DNA of 64,000 bases from positions 5,890,001-5,954,000 of the forward strand of contig CM035350.1 in NCBI GenBank assembly GCA_020137815.1, in the 5' to 3' direction. This document shows positions 30,101-43,009 of this stretch, one piece after another. The stretch's first letter is position 1; each line of letters opens with the position of its first letter. Below the pieces are notes generated by a model. The model worked only from the letters and a program-made list of their open reading frames with translations, had not been told where the DNA came from and ran no database searches. The DNA is from Hormiphora californensis (lineage: Eukaryota; Animalia; Ctenophora). The position numbers and the translations under genes are program-made.

Positions 30101-31032
30101 GAATGGAAACCTAGAGTGGTGTTGGTTGGATAATGGAGGCAACTACAAGACCTGTACTACCAATACTGACTGTTTGGGTATCATTAACAACAGTTGCCAT
30201 GGTGCCTGCTCCGTTGGTTAAATGAACAGGAAGAGAGAGAGGAAGAGAGAGAGAGAGAGGAAGAGAGAGAGAGAGAGGAAGAGAGGAAGTCACAAGATGA
30301 TTTAGAAGAATGCTTTGATTTTAGTTTGATAATTACGACGAATTGAAGTAATACTTTTGTGAACAAAATGGCTGTTATTAACAACATTGTCTAACTGGGG
30401 TTTGCTTGTTACTGACTGGCACGCTGCTTCGCGGCCTCCGCAGCAGCCGCACTAGGCATTCAGCCCGGTGTGGAGATGACAGTTTTATATAAGACAAGGG
30501 TTTGCCGACTGTTTGCATTGTTGTGTGCTATGTTGTATAGTGTTTTTTTTTTTTTTTTTTTTATGTCTTCATCGTTCCTATATCTGTCACCCCCCACCAC
30601 ATCATGTGAACCCTGCCAGGCAATTGCTGACCCTATTTGCTTCAATCACGAAGGCAGGTCAGGCGGGCTAAGTCTGACAGCGTCTATATAACATACATGT
30701 GAGGTGGAGTTTGACAGATATCATCTCTGCAGCCATTTAATTGACCTCGGACTTCCGTATACTACAAGCACCCAATCTCTGGTGCTCTATGTCTTTTTGA
30801 CCAATCACGGAAAGTTAGACTAGCAGTATATAGTCAATTAAACTTCTTGGCGTAGCATATGACGACACCCTAGAGACTAGTTGAAAAGCAGGGTGTGGAA
30901 GCGGGGTCAAATGTTCATGAGCAAGCATGTATATGTTCGTGTTTGAGACGGGAGTGAACGCCGTGTGCTGATCGTGCAATTTGAAAGTGTTCGTGAAAAA
31001 TGGTTAAGCTCAAGGGTAAAGATATATAGAGA

Positions 31033-31070
<38 letters not shown>

Positions 31071-31500
31071 GGGGGGAGAGAGAAGGGAAGGGAGAATGAA
31101 TGGGGGAAAAGGGAGGGCAGGGGATGAAAAATTTAAGGGAGTATAAAAAAATTTTAATGTTTCTTGTCCTTTAAAAATTTTAGAAAAAATATTTGGCGGG
31201 GGTGGTTATATCTGAAACCCCCAAAAATACTAAAAGGGAAAACCAGAGGTGTTTTTGGAAAACACCCAAAACCCCCAAAACCTTTTTCCTTAAAAGTGCT
31301 GTGCCCTCCCCATAAATGGAAAAAAAGAACCACTTAACCCTTGATTAGTTTATTTTCCTTCCGGGAATTTTGAAAACGTTAATTAAAAATCTTTAAGGAA
31401 TTCTTTAATTTAAAAAGGGTTTTAAATTTATATTTGGACCCAGTTTTGGAAAAAACCCCCCCAAAAATTTTTTGGGGACCGGGAAAATTCTTTTTCATTT

Positions 31501-31531
<31 letters not shown>

Positions 31532-31570
31532 GGGGGGGGGGGAAAAAAAAAAAAAAAAAAAAAACCCCCC

Positions 31571-31619
<49 letters not shown>

Positions 31620-32476
31620 GGGAAAAAAAAAGGAAAAAAATATGGCTAATTTTAAAAACTGGTTAAAGGGACATGCTTTCCCCCGGTTCTCCTAGGGTGG
31701 TATTCTTTTAAGCGTTTTTGGACATTGTAGTTTTTGGGGGTTTTATACCCGGAATGGCGGTAAAGGAAGGGGGAAAAAGGGGGGGGGAGGAACAAAAAAA
31801 AGAAGGAAAAAGGAAGGGAAAAAGGGGGAGGGGGGAAAAAAGGAGGGAAGGGGGAAAGGGAAAAAAGGGGGGGGGAGGGGGGAAAAAAGAGAAAAAAAAA
31901 AAAAAAAAAATTTAAAAAACACAAAAAAAAAATTTTTTAAAAATTTTTTTAAAAAGGGGAAAAGGGGGGCCTTTAAAAAAAAACAGCGTGTTTTTTAAAA
32001 AACCCTTTTCGTTGTAAACAAATTTAAAATTTTTTTTTCTCGGATTCAATAAATTTGGTTTCTTAACCCAGTCTTCACTCACTATATTTGTTCCTCGTCC
32101 TATTGCACAGAGGAACTTCATTGTCCGTTTCACCTAAAGAGAAGAAAAGAGAAGAGAAGAGAAGAGAAGAGAAGAGAAGAGAAGAGAAGAGAAGAGAAGA
32201 GAAAAGAGAAGAGAAGAGAAGAGAAGAGAAGAGAAGAGAAGAGAAGAGAAGAGAAGAGAAGAGAAGAGAAGAAAGATATGAGACTAATTTCAAGATACCT
32301 GGTCCGATACAAGGTGGGTACATGTCTTGATATCCTCTCCAAGGCTTCCTCCTAGACTGGTTATGCTCTTTTTAACCGCGGTAGTAGCAGCGATTCCAGT
32401 GTAGACTATCTTTGGGGCTTCTGCCATATTCTCCTGGAATGGAAACAAGGATAAAGAGATGGAGAGAAAGAGGGGG

Positions 32477-32562
<86 letters not shown>

Positions 32563-35168
32563 GAGGGGAGAGTGAGAGAGGGACAGAGAGAGAGCGAGCG
32601 AGAGAGAGAAAGAAAGAGAGATAGTGAGTCAACTGTCACATACAGTAAAAGGTTGATAGTATTCTAATCTCTCAGTAACGACCGTACATAGTTACTGGGT
32701 CGGCTATATTAACTCGTAAAAACAGCAGCTGTTTTTCTAGAATCTGATTACCTTTCCTGCCTTGCTGAAACTATTAACTATCTCAAACTTTTCCTCTTTC
32801 ATCGGTCCACTTGCCTGATAGAGATAGTTATGTGTTGCAGAAATCTGCATTTTTGAAATCATCACCATAATATAATGTCGCATAAATATATTCACAATTA
32901 CCTTCTTTCTCTTTCCTCTTCCCACTGCTAGAACAGGTACATCCTCTTCCTCTTCCTCCTCTCCAGGAAGTTGGGTGTTTTTGGGTTTCCTTGTCCTCTT
33001 TCCAGTCATGATAAGCTGAGGAGCTGGCAATACCTCTGATTTAATCTTTCTTCCCCTACCTCGGCCTTTCTTAATGGGTACAGGGGATGGGGACCGGGAG
33101 GGCAATGTTGTTGAAGAGTGAGATATTGTCCTTTTACCTCTCCTGGGGGCCGGGGAGGGGGATCTAGAGAGGACTGGAGAAACAGTCTTCTTTCCTCTAC
33201 CCTTCTTAGGAGCAACTGGGGAGGGCGATCTAGAGGGGACCGGAGAAACAGTCCTCTTTCCTCTACCCTTCTTAGGAGCAACTGGGGAGGGCGATCTAGA
33301 GGGGACTGGAGAAACAGTCTTCTTTCCTCTACCCTTCTTAGGAGCAACTGGGGAGGGGGATCTAGAGGGGACTGGAGAAACAGTCTTCTTTCCTCTACCC
33401 TTCTTAGGAGCAACTGGGGAGGGGGATCTAGATGGGACCGGAGAAACAGTCCTCTTTCCTCTACCCTTCTTAGGAGCAACTGGGGAGGGGGATCGAGATG
33501 GCTGTATACTAGAGACTTGAGACGTCGTCCTTTTTCCTCTTCTGGGCTCCATCGGGGGAACCGTTTCACTTTTCTTTTTCCCTCGGGACTTGACGCGAGG
33601 AGAAGGAGAAGGAGGAGGTGATTCCTCAGAAGGGTCAGGGGAGGACATTATCGGTCTCGCCTTCTTTCTCTGTGATCTTACAGGGGAGGGAGATCTAGAT
33701 GGTATGTATTCCTCAGGGGATGGGGACCGGGAGGGCTTCTTCTTTCTCGGCACTGGACAAGGTTTCTTCACCGGAACCGCAGGTGTTGACTCGGAAGCCT
33801 GTTTCCGTTTATCACCTAGCAATGAAAATCAATGATAAAACACATTAGACAGGGGTGACTCAGAATGGGAGGAGCACCAGCCACTTAACATTACCAAGAA
33901 GACCGTACCCAGGAGTGGATCTACCTGGCACTGGGGGGATGCACAGTGTGCCGTTTTTAGGGAAGTCTGCCCAAATTGCTCCTCCAATTCCCTGAAAACG
34001 GCACTTGGGGGTCTATGACGTCATTACATCTTACCTGCTACTTTGACCACTTCAGTAATGGTAGGCTGTTTGGCGATCGCTTTTTTAGTGAGGTTGATAA
34101 CTGGTTTCTTTTTGACACATGTTATCAGCAGTCCATCTCCACTAGAATCAGAGATTTCATCGTCATCACAGGCCATCATATCTCCTGTGGGGAGAGAGGG
34201 TTAGTTACTGAACAAGTGGGGAAGGGGAGGTAGGGTTAGTTACTCAACAAGTGGGGAAGGGGAGGGAGGGTTAGTTAGTCGACAAGTGGGAAGGGGAGGG
34301 AGGGTTAGTTACTCAACGAGTTGGGAGGGGAGGGATGTTTAGTTACTCAACAAGTGGGGAAGCTGGAAGGGGAGGGTTAGTTCCGGGGGAGGGAGGGTTA
34401 GTTACTCAACAAGTTGGGAAGGGGAGGGAGGGTTAGTTACTCAACAAGTGGTGAGCAGTGTGACGGGAAATGCAGTATTCATCATGGGTCATCATTTCTA
34501 CTGTGTATGCGGGGATGGAGGGTTGATCTACCGAACAGCGAACACCAAGGGATGGTTAGTTCCGAGGGATATATATATATGAGGATATATGAGGGATATA
34601 TTGAGTAGTCGGAGCATTCCTCGACCCTGTTATATTATGTCCCACGTGTACACAAACGATTTCACCCCCGTATTGCCACATTAAATCCCCTAGACAAAGA
34701 CAACAATATACGGGAGATATAAAATCGTACCAAAACTAGGGAGTTCATCATCACTTTCACAACCGCTCTTTTTCTTTCCACCTCGCTTCGCCTCCTTCTT
34801 GGCCTCAGCTGAAAGATAATGGGATAACTATTTAAGTCTACAAGTGCACCTAGCGGCGCGATTGTCATGAAGTAGCAGACCCTTTATATCCGAGAGGGAT
34901 AGAGTCCTTTGTATCAGAGAGAGATAGAGTCCCCCCCCCCCCCCCGAGCCTGATCCTAATGAAATAATTAGAGGGCATTATCTCCCCTAAATCCACATAC
35001 CCTTTTCTTTGACGGCCCTTCGTTTTCGCAGCAGTGCCTCCACAGACTCGAGCTTGAGTAGTGTTTTGGGTGACTCGGGATCAGCTGTTATCACCGGCTG
35101 TTTGGTCCTCGTTAGCGGCGATTTGGGTGGGGCCATCTGTTGCTTCGGGGGATCTGAGAGAGAGAGAG

Positions 35169-35246
<78 letters not shown>

Positions 35247-35278
35247 CGAGAGAAAGAGATAGAGAGATAGAGAGAGAC

Positions 35279-35309
<31 letters not shown>

Positions 35310-35364
35310 CAGAGTGTGAGAGAGCTGAGTGAGAAAGAGTGTGGGGGGGTGGTTAGGGCATATC

Positions 35365-35443
<79 letters not shown>

Positions 35444-35988
35444 AGGCTTACAAAATGAGCGCTAACTATTCTACTAAGGACAAGAGAGACTGCAGCGTTC
35501 CCTTTTTTACATTGTCTAGAAAGTAACATACACAACCCGCACTGTTCCTTGGCAATAAAATAACCCCTCTACTGCACTGGGGGTCATCTCGTAACCATGA
35601 CACTGTTTCAAACTTCTAATCTAGTCTGACAGTTGATATAGTGCTTTATTGTGTTTCCAGTGGTTCCATAACAAGCATGTAATATATCTTCCCAGACACA
35701 TGATTTAGTAGGGGGCACGCAGACAGTTTTTGGTATGAGCTCTAATATATGGGGGCCAATACATATGTCATTATATGACTACTTATCTTGCTCGCTATTG
35801 ATAAGTAGCTCGCATTTTGTCTGCGACACAAAATATCTGCTTTGTGCATTGCAACACTTTTTCATTTTATAGTTTCACCTAGTGAACAAAGCTATTATGA
35901 GATTGGTCCAATGACATTGGTTCTGGACTAAGGGGAGATAGAAAGCAATTAGAATAGAGCGAGAGAGAGAGAGAGAGAGAGAGAGAGT

Positions 35989-36079
<91 letters not shown>

Positions 36080-39000
36080 AATAGGCAGGTAAGGAGGCGG
36101 TACTATAAGTATAACAATAAACAGACGTTTTGCATTGATGCTCCTTATTTCCTACTATGTTCTCTCTTCCAATATACTTCTAGCCCCACATTTGGCTTAA
36201 AATTATAGAAGCGCCACACCACAGAAGTCTATGTGTGCATGGTACCTCTCCTCTACTTTTCCAAATGATGATTAGTAGTAGCACTGTCTGCTACACTTGT
36301 GTACTCTCTTGTGATCCCTCTACCCAGTGTAAACTATTGTAAGTGTACTGTTCATCTTGACTCTTGTGCAGTAGGCCAGAAACAGATGGCGGCAAAAACA
36401 TAGCTTTATGATACAGATCGTGTGTTGTACTAATATAATTTTGATGCTACTTATACTTATCAATGCTTTCTATTCATTGAGAGAATTACTAAAGAGAGGC
36501 GGGGGGGGGGGGTGGTTAAGGACTGGGCACTGGGCAGGCTGCCAAGGCACATACCTGGGTACAACATACCTGGGTACAACATACCTGCACTGGATTGCAC
36601 TGGGAATTACCTGGGTACAACTGGGAGTTATCATCGTCATCCTGGTCGAAGATGGCTGCCAGCCGACTAGTTGATTGCTTCTCTTGCTTCACCGCAGCCA
36701 ACACCTCGAAATCCTCGGTAGCTTCTACCACCTCCAGATCGAGGGTCTCTGGAGAGTTATCCTCCATCTCTTCTACTGCTGGGGTCTGGGGATTTATCAG
36801 CTGTGGTCGGACCTCTACCGCGGATGGTTTAGAGACTTCTGTGTGAGATGATAAGATAGTAAGAGACGCCTCCTCCTGTTCTACAACTGAGCTTATTATC
36901 TCTAGGGAGGACTGCGCTACAGATTTCACTATTTCCAGGGACGCCTCCTCCTCCTCTTCCTCTGCCAGTGACGTTACTCTTTGTTGGACCTCTTTTGGAG
37001 AGGGTGCAGCCTCTGGGGGAGAAAGAGAGAGTTTTTACTATCATTATTAGAAACTGATAATTGTAGACTGATAAATAAAAAGAGCTACCCCTTGACCCTT
37101 GTAATTGTGAACATATTGTGACATCATGGGAGGTCTTTAGTTTTATTTCACCACACTTTTTATTGTACATAGATAGATCCCAAAAGGGCGTGCCTAGTGT
37201 GTGTGTGAAGCAACATGATCAACATATGTCACTCACTTTCTACATTGTTCACTGACACGTGCCCTATAATCATTGTCCCTATAATCACTGTCTCTCTCTC
37301 TCCCTGTCTTCTTTAGATATCTCTCTCTGTCCTTGTTTAGTGACTCTAACAAACAACAGTGTGCCCAATTGACACGCACACACACTTCGTGTGTCAGGGA
37401 AGTTCTCACCCTCAATTTACCTTCGTATAGATCAAATGGAGCTTGTGTTTCACATTGATCATCCTCCTCCCTGATCCTCGTTAACTCCTCGTTATCGTCT
37501 TGTTGGTATGTTACCCCCTCCTCGTTATCGTCTTGTTGGCCTGTTAACTCCTCCTTGTTATCGTCTTGTTGGCCTGTTACCCCCTCCTCGGTCTCGGATT
37601 CCTCGTCAAGGGCTATAACCTCACTCCCCGCCTCACTGCCACTATCACCAACTTCTGCATTAGTTGAGGGGGGCTCGATAATACTTTCCACTAGTATCGT
37701 TCGGTTCTTGCTCAGTTGTTGTTGTGATAGTATCTTCCTTTGTTGTTTTCACATCTTCCTTACTCACTTCTCCTCCTGTCTGTTGTTCAGCTAGGTTCAC
37801 TTGGTTCTACCAACTCCAACAACCTCTCCCCCTCCGGTATCTCCTGAGTCATTTCCGGGTCCAGGGAACCCAAAGGAGCCATTGTATCGGGTATCATCTC
37901 GTGCTCACTTTCTGTGTCAACCTCTGCTCCTGTGATTTTGATTGGGGTCCTGGCTAGTGGTCCCTGCTGGCTCTCAACTAGAGGGGGTGTCCGGGCTAGT
38001 TCATCACGGTAGTCCAACGGAGGGGGCGTTAAATGTCCTGATCCTGGGGGGGGGGGGGGGGGGGTATAATATTTAGGGATTTTATCATCCGGGTTGAGGG
38101 AGGGTAGTCTACGCAAATAAGCTTTCGTATTCGTAATGTCATTTGTCAGCATTGACCGGACAATATGATCGATCCTTCACTGCGATCAGGATAAATTCAA
38201 GACTTGGTAACCTTGGTAACCCCCTGGACGCGGAGTAGCCTCACTACCAAAGGACAGCTGAAATTCTGAACCTAAGAATAATAATACACCCCTATAATAT
38301 TCACAGACATCTCTCTATCTCTCTCATGCTACCTTCTGCGGCTGCGGAGAACCCTGGACCTTCTATCTGGGTTTCTGGTATATTTCCTGTTATCTCACCG
38401 CCGGGTAGGAGACGATTATCCTGGTGAGAGGGGAGAGAGGATTAGAGAGAGAAGGGGGAATAATAATATATATTCGCGTGATGGTGAATATTACTTTTCA
38501 AAATGATTTCTCTCCTTGCTCTCATCAGTGCTGTGCTAGTGTGCATCCCCTCTGCAGAGGGTCGACTCATACCATCTTGCTTCACCCAACACGATTGGGA
38601 CTACAGCTACTCGGTAAGACATGGCATTTAGATCCCGTCTCTCTAATACAAATCTGATATATCGGTAATTTAACAGTAAAATCTCTCTGCTTCACTACTC
38701 TCGTGCAGGTATTTGTGTACCACATCACTAATGTGGAGTCAGAAAGCTACTACGTGAACCTACACAACAGGAAGATAATATGGATAGCATCCCGTAACGG
38801 TGATCACGGGGGAGTAGTTCCGCTTATCTTGACTGTCGTGCTGCCCCGGAGAATTAGCGGGTACAGCCTCGCCTCCCTGGGCAATGCCTGGGGTACACGG
38901 TGGTACAACTGGAGGATTACAGAGCAACCCTGGTCGCCCACCTCCTCCCCACCTCCACCTGTCCACCATTTCAGATTGGATCGATACCACACCCTGGAAC

Positions 39001-41855
39001 AGATCCAGAACCACCTGCACGGACTGACGGGGGCTCAGATTGTGGAGTTACCTTGGAGAAGCTACGAGAATAGGCCCATACTGGGGGCGAATATAGGTGC
39101 ATCCCCAGAGAAACCTCTGATCGTACTACTGGCGGGTAGTCACGGGAGGGAGTGGGCCGCCCCTGCAACTCTACTAGTGATGTTACAGTGGCTGCTGAGC
39201 GAGGGAGCTACAGAGTGGAGGGAGAGGTATGAGTTCATGGTTATTCCGGTAGCTAACCCTGACGGATACTCCTTTACGTGGACCCATGACCGCATGTGGA
39301 GAACCACCCGGGTACCAACAGGCTGCCAGCACAACCTACAAACCTGCAACGGTACTTGTCTTGAGGGGCCGTGTTTTGGGGCGGATCCCAACCGGAATTG
39401 GGACAGCGACTGGGGTACCCGGGGTATCTCAACAGACCCGTGTAGTGATGTCTACCCGGGGAGGAAGGCATTCGACCAGCCCTGTGTCCGATCACTCCGG
39501 GACTACCTGATGGCCAATCAGAACAGATTAAAGATGTTCCTCTCATTCCATGCATTTGGTAACTACTTCCTGTACCCCTCCCTGAGTTCAGAGTCCCCCT
39601 ACCAAGACCTCCATGTGGACGAACAGGCACACAGACACGCAGGTCGGGTCTACACGAGGGCAGTCCGGGAGGAGCATGGGGAGGAGTACAGTGTGGTGAG
39701 AATATCAGGGTTGTTGTCCGAGTATAACGGGGGTAAACCCTATCAAATCAGTGGGAGCAGTATAGAGTGGGTGTATAACAAGTTGGGGGTCCTCCACACC
39801 TATGGACTGGAAGTGAGGGGGACAGAGGATGGGATATCTGGGGAGACTGCCTTCCACCCACCCACCAGTGAAATTATACCCATGGGAGAGGAAAACACGG
39901 CGGGGCTTCGAGCACTCCTCAGGCATATTACCCCCTAGTGCCCCCTAAATAGTTGAAAAGTGACAAGCAGACTGCGAGACGATTAGATGGTCGACAGGGT
40001 GACAAGCTATTATCGAGGGGAATAAATTCTTGCACCTCCCCTCTCTCTCTTTCTGAATGCTCCGTCTCTGTCTAAAATGATCAGACAGTTGCCGGAGGGG
40101 CAGTATGATAGTTACCTTGTCGTCGTCTTGAACATTTGTTGAGTCGTGACACTCTGAAACAGATTGTTATAAACTTTTTTATGAAACTTTTCAATTGATT
40201 GTTGTACTACTATCCATGACACTGGGGGCAATACCTGTAACATCGCACTGTGTAGCCTGGAGCACATCACCATTATATCCGGGTGAAGTTTCCTCACAAT
40301 CGTCCTGGGGGGGGGGGTCATATGTGTATCAGCTCGAGGGAGGGGGTTATAAAGGCATGCACATCTTTTTTGTAGCTGACACGATTAAAAAAGCTATTTC
40401 ATTACTGCTCTAGCCCTCCTTTTAACACATAATGAGAGAGAGAGAGAAGGGAGGGAGTCACTCTTTTACCTCTCCATTTTCGCTTCCCTCCTCCCCGGTT
40501 GCACGTTTAGTTCTTTCAATGGTGATTATCTCAGAGGCAGCGTCTGAGTAACAGCTTCCCTCGTCTTCTGACGCCCCACCTGATGATACCATTGTTAAAC
40601 GTTTATGTTACAGTGGAATTTAGATCGGGCAAATGCTATTTTCTATGGAATCCCTTTCCCACACAGTGTAGAGGGATCGTGTATTGCCCTAATCTTTGAT
40701 TTAACACACGTCACCCCAAACTACCCTGTTAGACCAATATTTTTCAGTTTCAGTTGTAGGTGATGTAGGGATTTGTAAGAACCTGAGATCTCTCTCTTAT
40801 TGTGGAAAGTAAATCCTAATGTATTGTCAGACCTAGAAACGAGATATATATTGTCTCACTGAGCTCACTGATGTGACACAGGAATTTGCAGTGCACTGGA
40901 AAGCATGAGAGAAAACAGGGGGGGGGGGGGCACCGTATTCAAGCTCGACACCACCTCATGAAGACATGTACATTTCCCGGTGACCTGATTTACCTAATTG
41001 TAAAATTGGTAGTTGTGTGTTGGGGACTCGGGATCCTGATGTGAAGTTCCTTATTGCTTCCAGTTCTCTTCTCCTGTTGTCTAAACTTGTATCACCGCCC
41101 AGCTCTGATACATCCTGGAAAGGATGGTAGGGTAGGATTTTGAGTCGCTTGACACTGTGTCCGTGCTCCGCATTGATTGTTAGAAGACTGTTTTTTTTGG
41201 ATAATAGATGTAGGAAAAATATTCAATTTAGATTTTAAATTGGCAATCTTTATCTCATTGCATGTCCTCAACCAAGCAATGTTTGTTTGAACTTACCAGT
41301 ATTTTGGTCGGTGTTTTAACGGGAGAATCTTCCACAAATAACTCAGACGATCTAGTTAGGAGGAAACATGATTAATAAAACTTGTTACTGTCACCATTAT
41401 CAACATCCTATATTTTTGTTGTGCTCAGTGCCGGCCCTAGTAGTAGTTCATTTGTTACTCACTGTTCAATATTGGGTACAAATTGGGAGGGAAGGAAGAT
41501 ATCCTCCTTCACACACAGATGACTGGTCTAGAGACAAAGGAACTCCTCGCTTTACTGCCGGTGTGGAACTCCTGTAATTACACATGTTTTAGCATGTGGG
41601 GAGGGAGTTTGACAGTGTAAATGGGGAGTCCTCCGAGTGGGGTTTACACTGAGTGCGCGGGAAGAGATGCTGGCATTGTGTACTTTAATCATTTGGAAGT
41701 GGTTAGGCAGCCGCGCGCACAGGTTGAGAGAGTTCGTAATGTTGACATTTGACATCAATCTATCTTTCGACAAGCGGTGGCTTATGGCAAACTTGATAGA
41801 ATACGATGCCCGACGCGATGGAGTAAGATAGCGAGGGATAGAAAGAGAGAGAGAT

Positions 41856-41930
<75 letters not shown>

Positions 41931-42967
41931 AAAATTAAAAGAAAGAGATACAGATATGGTAAGAGAACAGATACACGGATAGTTATATGACATTTAGATG
42001 GTGATTAGTATTATACCTGTTGTTGTTCTTAATAGTAACTATACGACCACAATCTCTCCAGTACCCCCCGGCCCCCGTCTATATCTCATCCGTGCATTGT
42101 GCAATGACCCTAATATATCAGGATCATTCATCTCCCGGCCCCTATCTCTCCAGTTCAGATCTCTCTGTTGCTATCTCTCTATCTCTCTCTATCTCTCCCT
42201 TAGTTACCATACGCCCTCCTCCCAGTCCCTGACCACACTCTAGAAATATAGTATAGACCTTTCAGAGGCCTTACGTTCTCTCTTTTTGCGATATATACGA
42301 TAATAAGAAAGGAACCCGCAGCGACCAGTTGTATTTTAACACTAATGTTCATAATGTTTCATAAGTATTCAATCTAAGAGCAATAAAACAGCGGCTTTTA
42401 CTTCACTTAGTTCCTTTGCTATGGCAACCAAGCGATAATCTTCACGCAAGACACATGTGTTATGTCTTGGTAATAGATCGGCATTGTATATAATTGAATG
42501 AAATCATGTGACCGGGGTCCGGTTCTCTTTGACCTGTGCGTGACCTGCAATGTCCACCGCGGTTATTAACAAGCACTCATTCATTCCTGGATCTCTCACG
42601 GAACTCATTCGACCTTGCTCTATTTGCAATATCAGATTAACTTGTTCTACAATAGTGCCCCCCCCCCCCTTCAGCTGATTGCAACCTCCCTCCCTGCCCC
42701 TATTTGACAAAAGACACCCATTACTTGTTGCACAATTAGAGTGCTAGAGTGAGATGACCCGGCCGTGTCTTGACAGTGAAATTATTGCTGTCCCTAAATT
42801 CTCTGCACACTGGGTCCTATCTATAATCCTTCACGTAATTCTGTAATTCTAAGCAGTTTGTATCGCAGCGTGCGTGATTTTACAGTTTACAGTCATTACA
42901 ACAAACCCCAAGTATGTAGCTTGTGAGATATATATCTCTCTCTTCTCTCTCCTCTCTCCCCCCCCCT

Positions 42968-43009
<42 letters not shown>

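Noticed and set aside
34197-34450. Interstitial telomere
   Set aside because: Only isolated agggttag motifs inside a 34-bp unit, with no (TTAGGG)n run.
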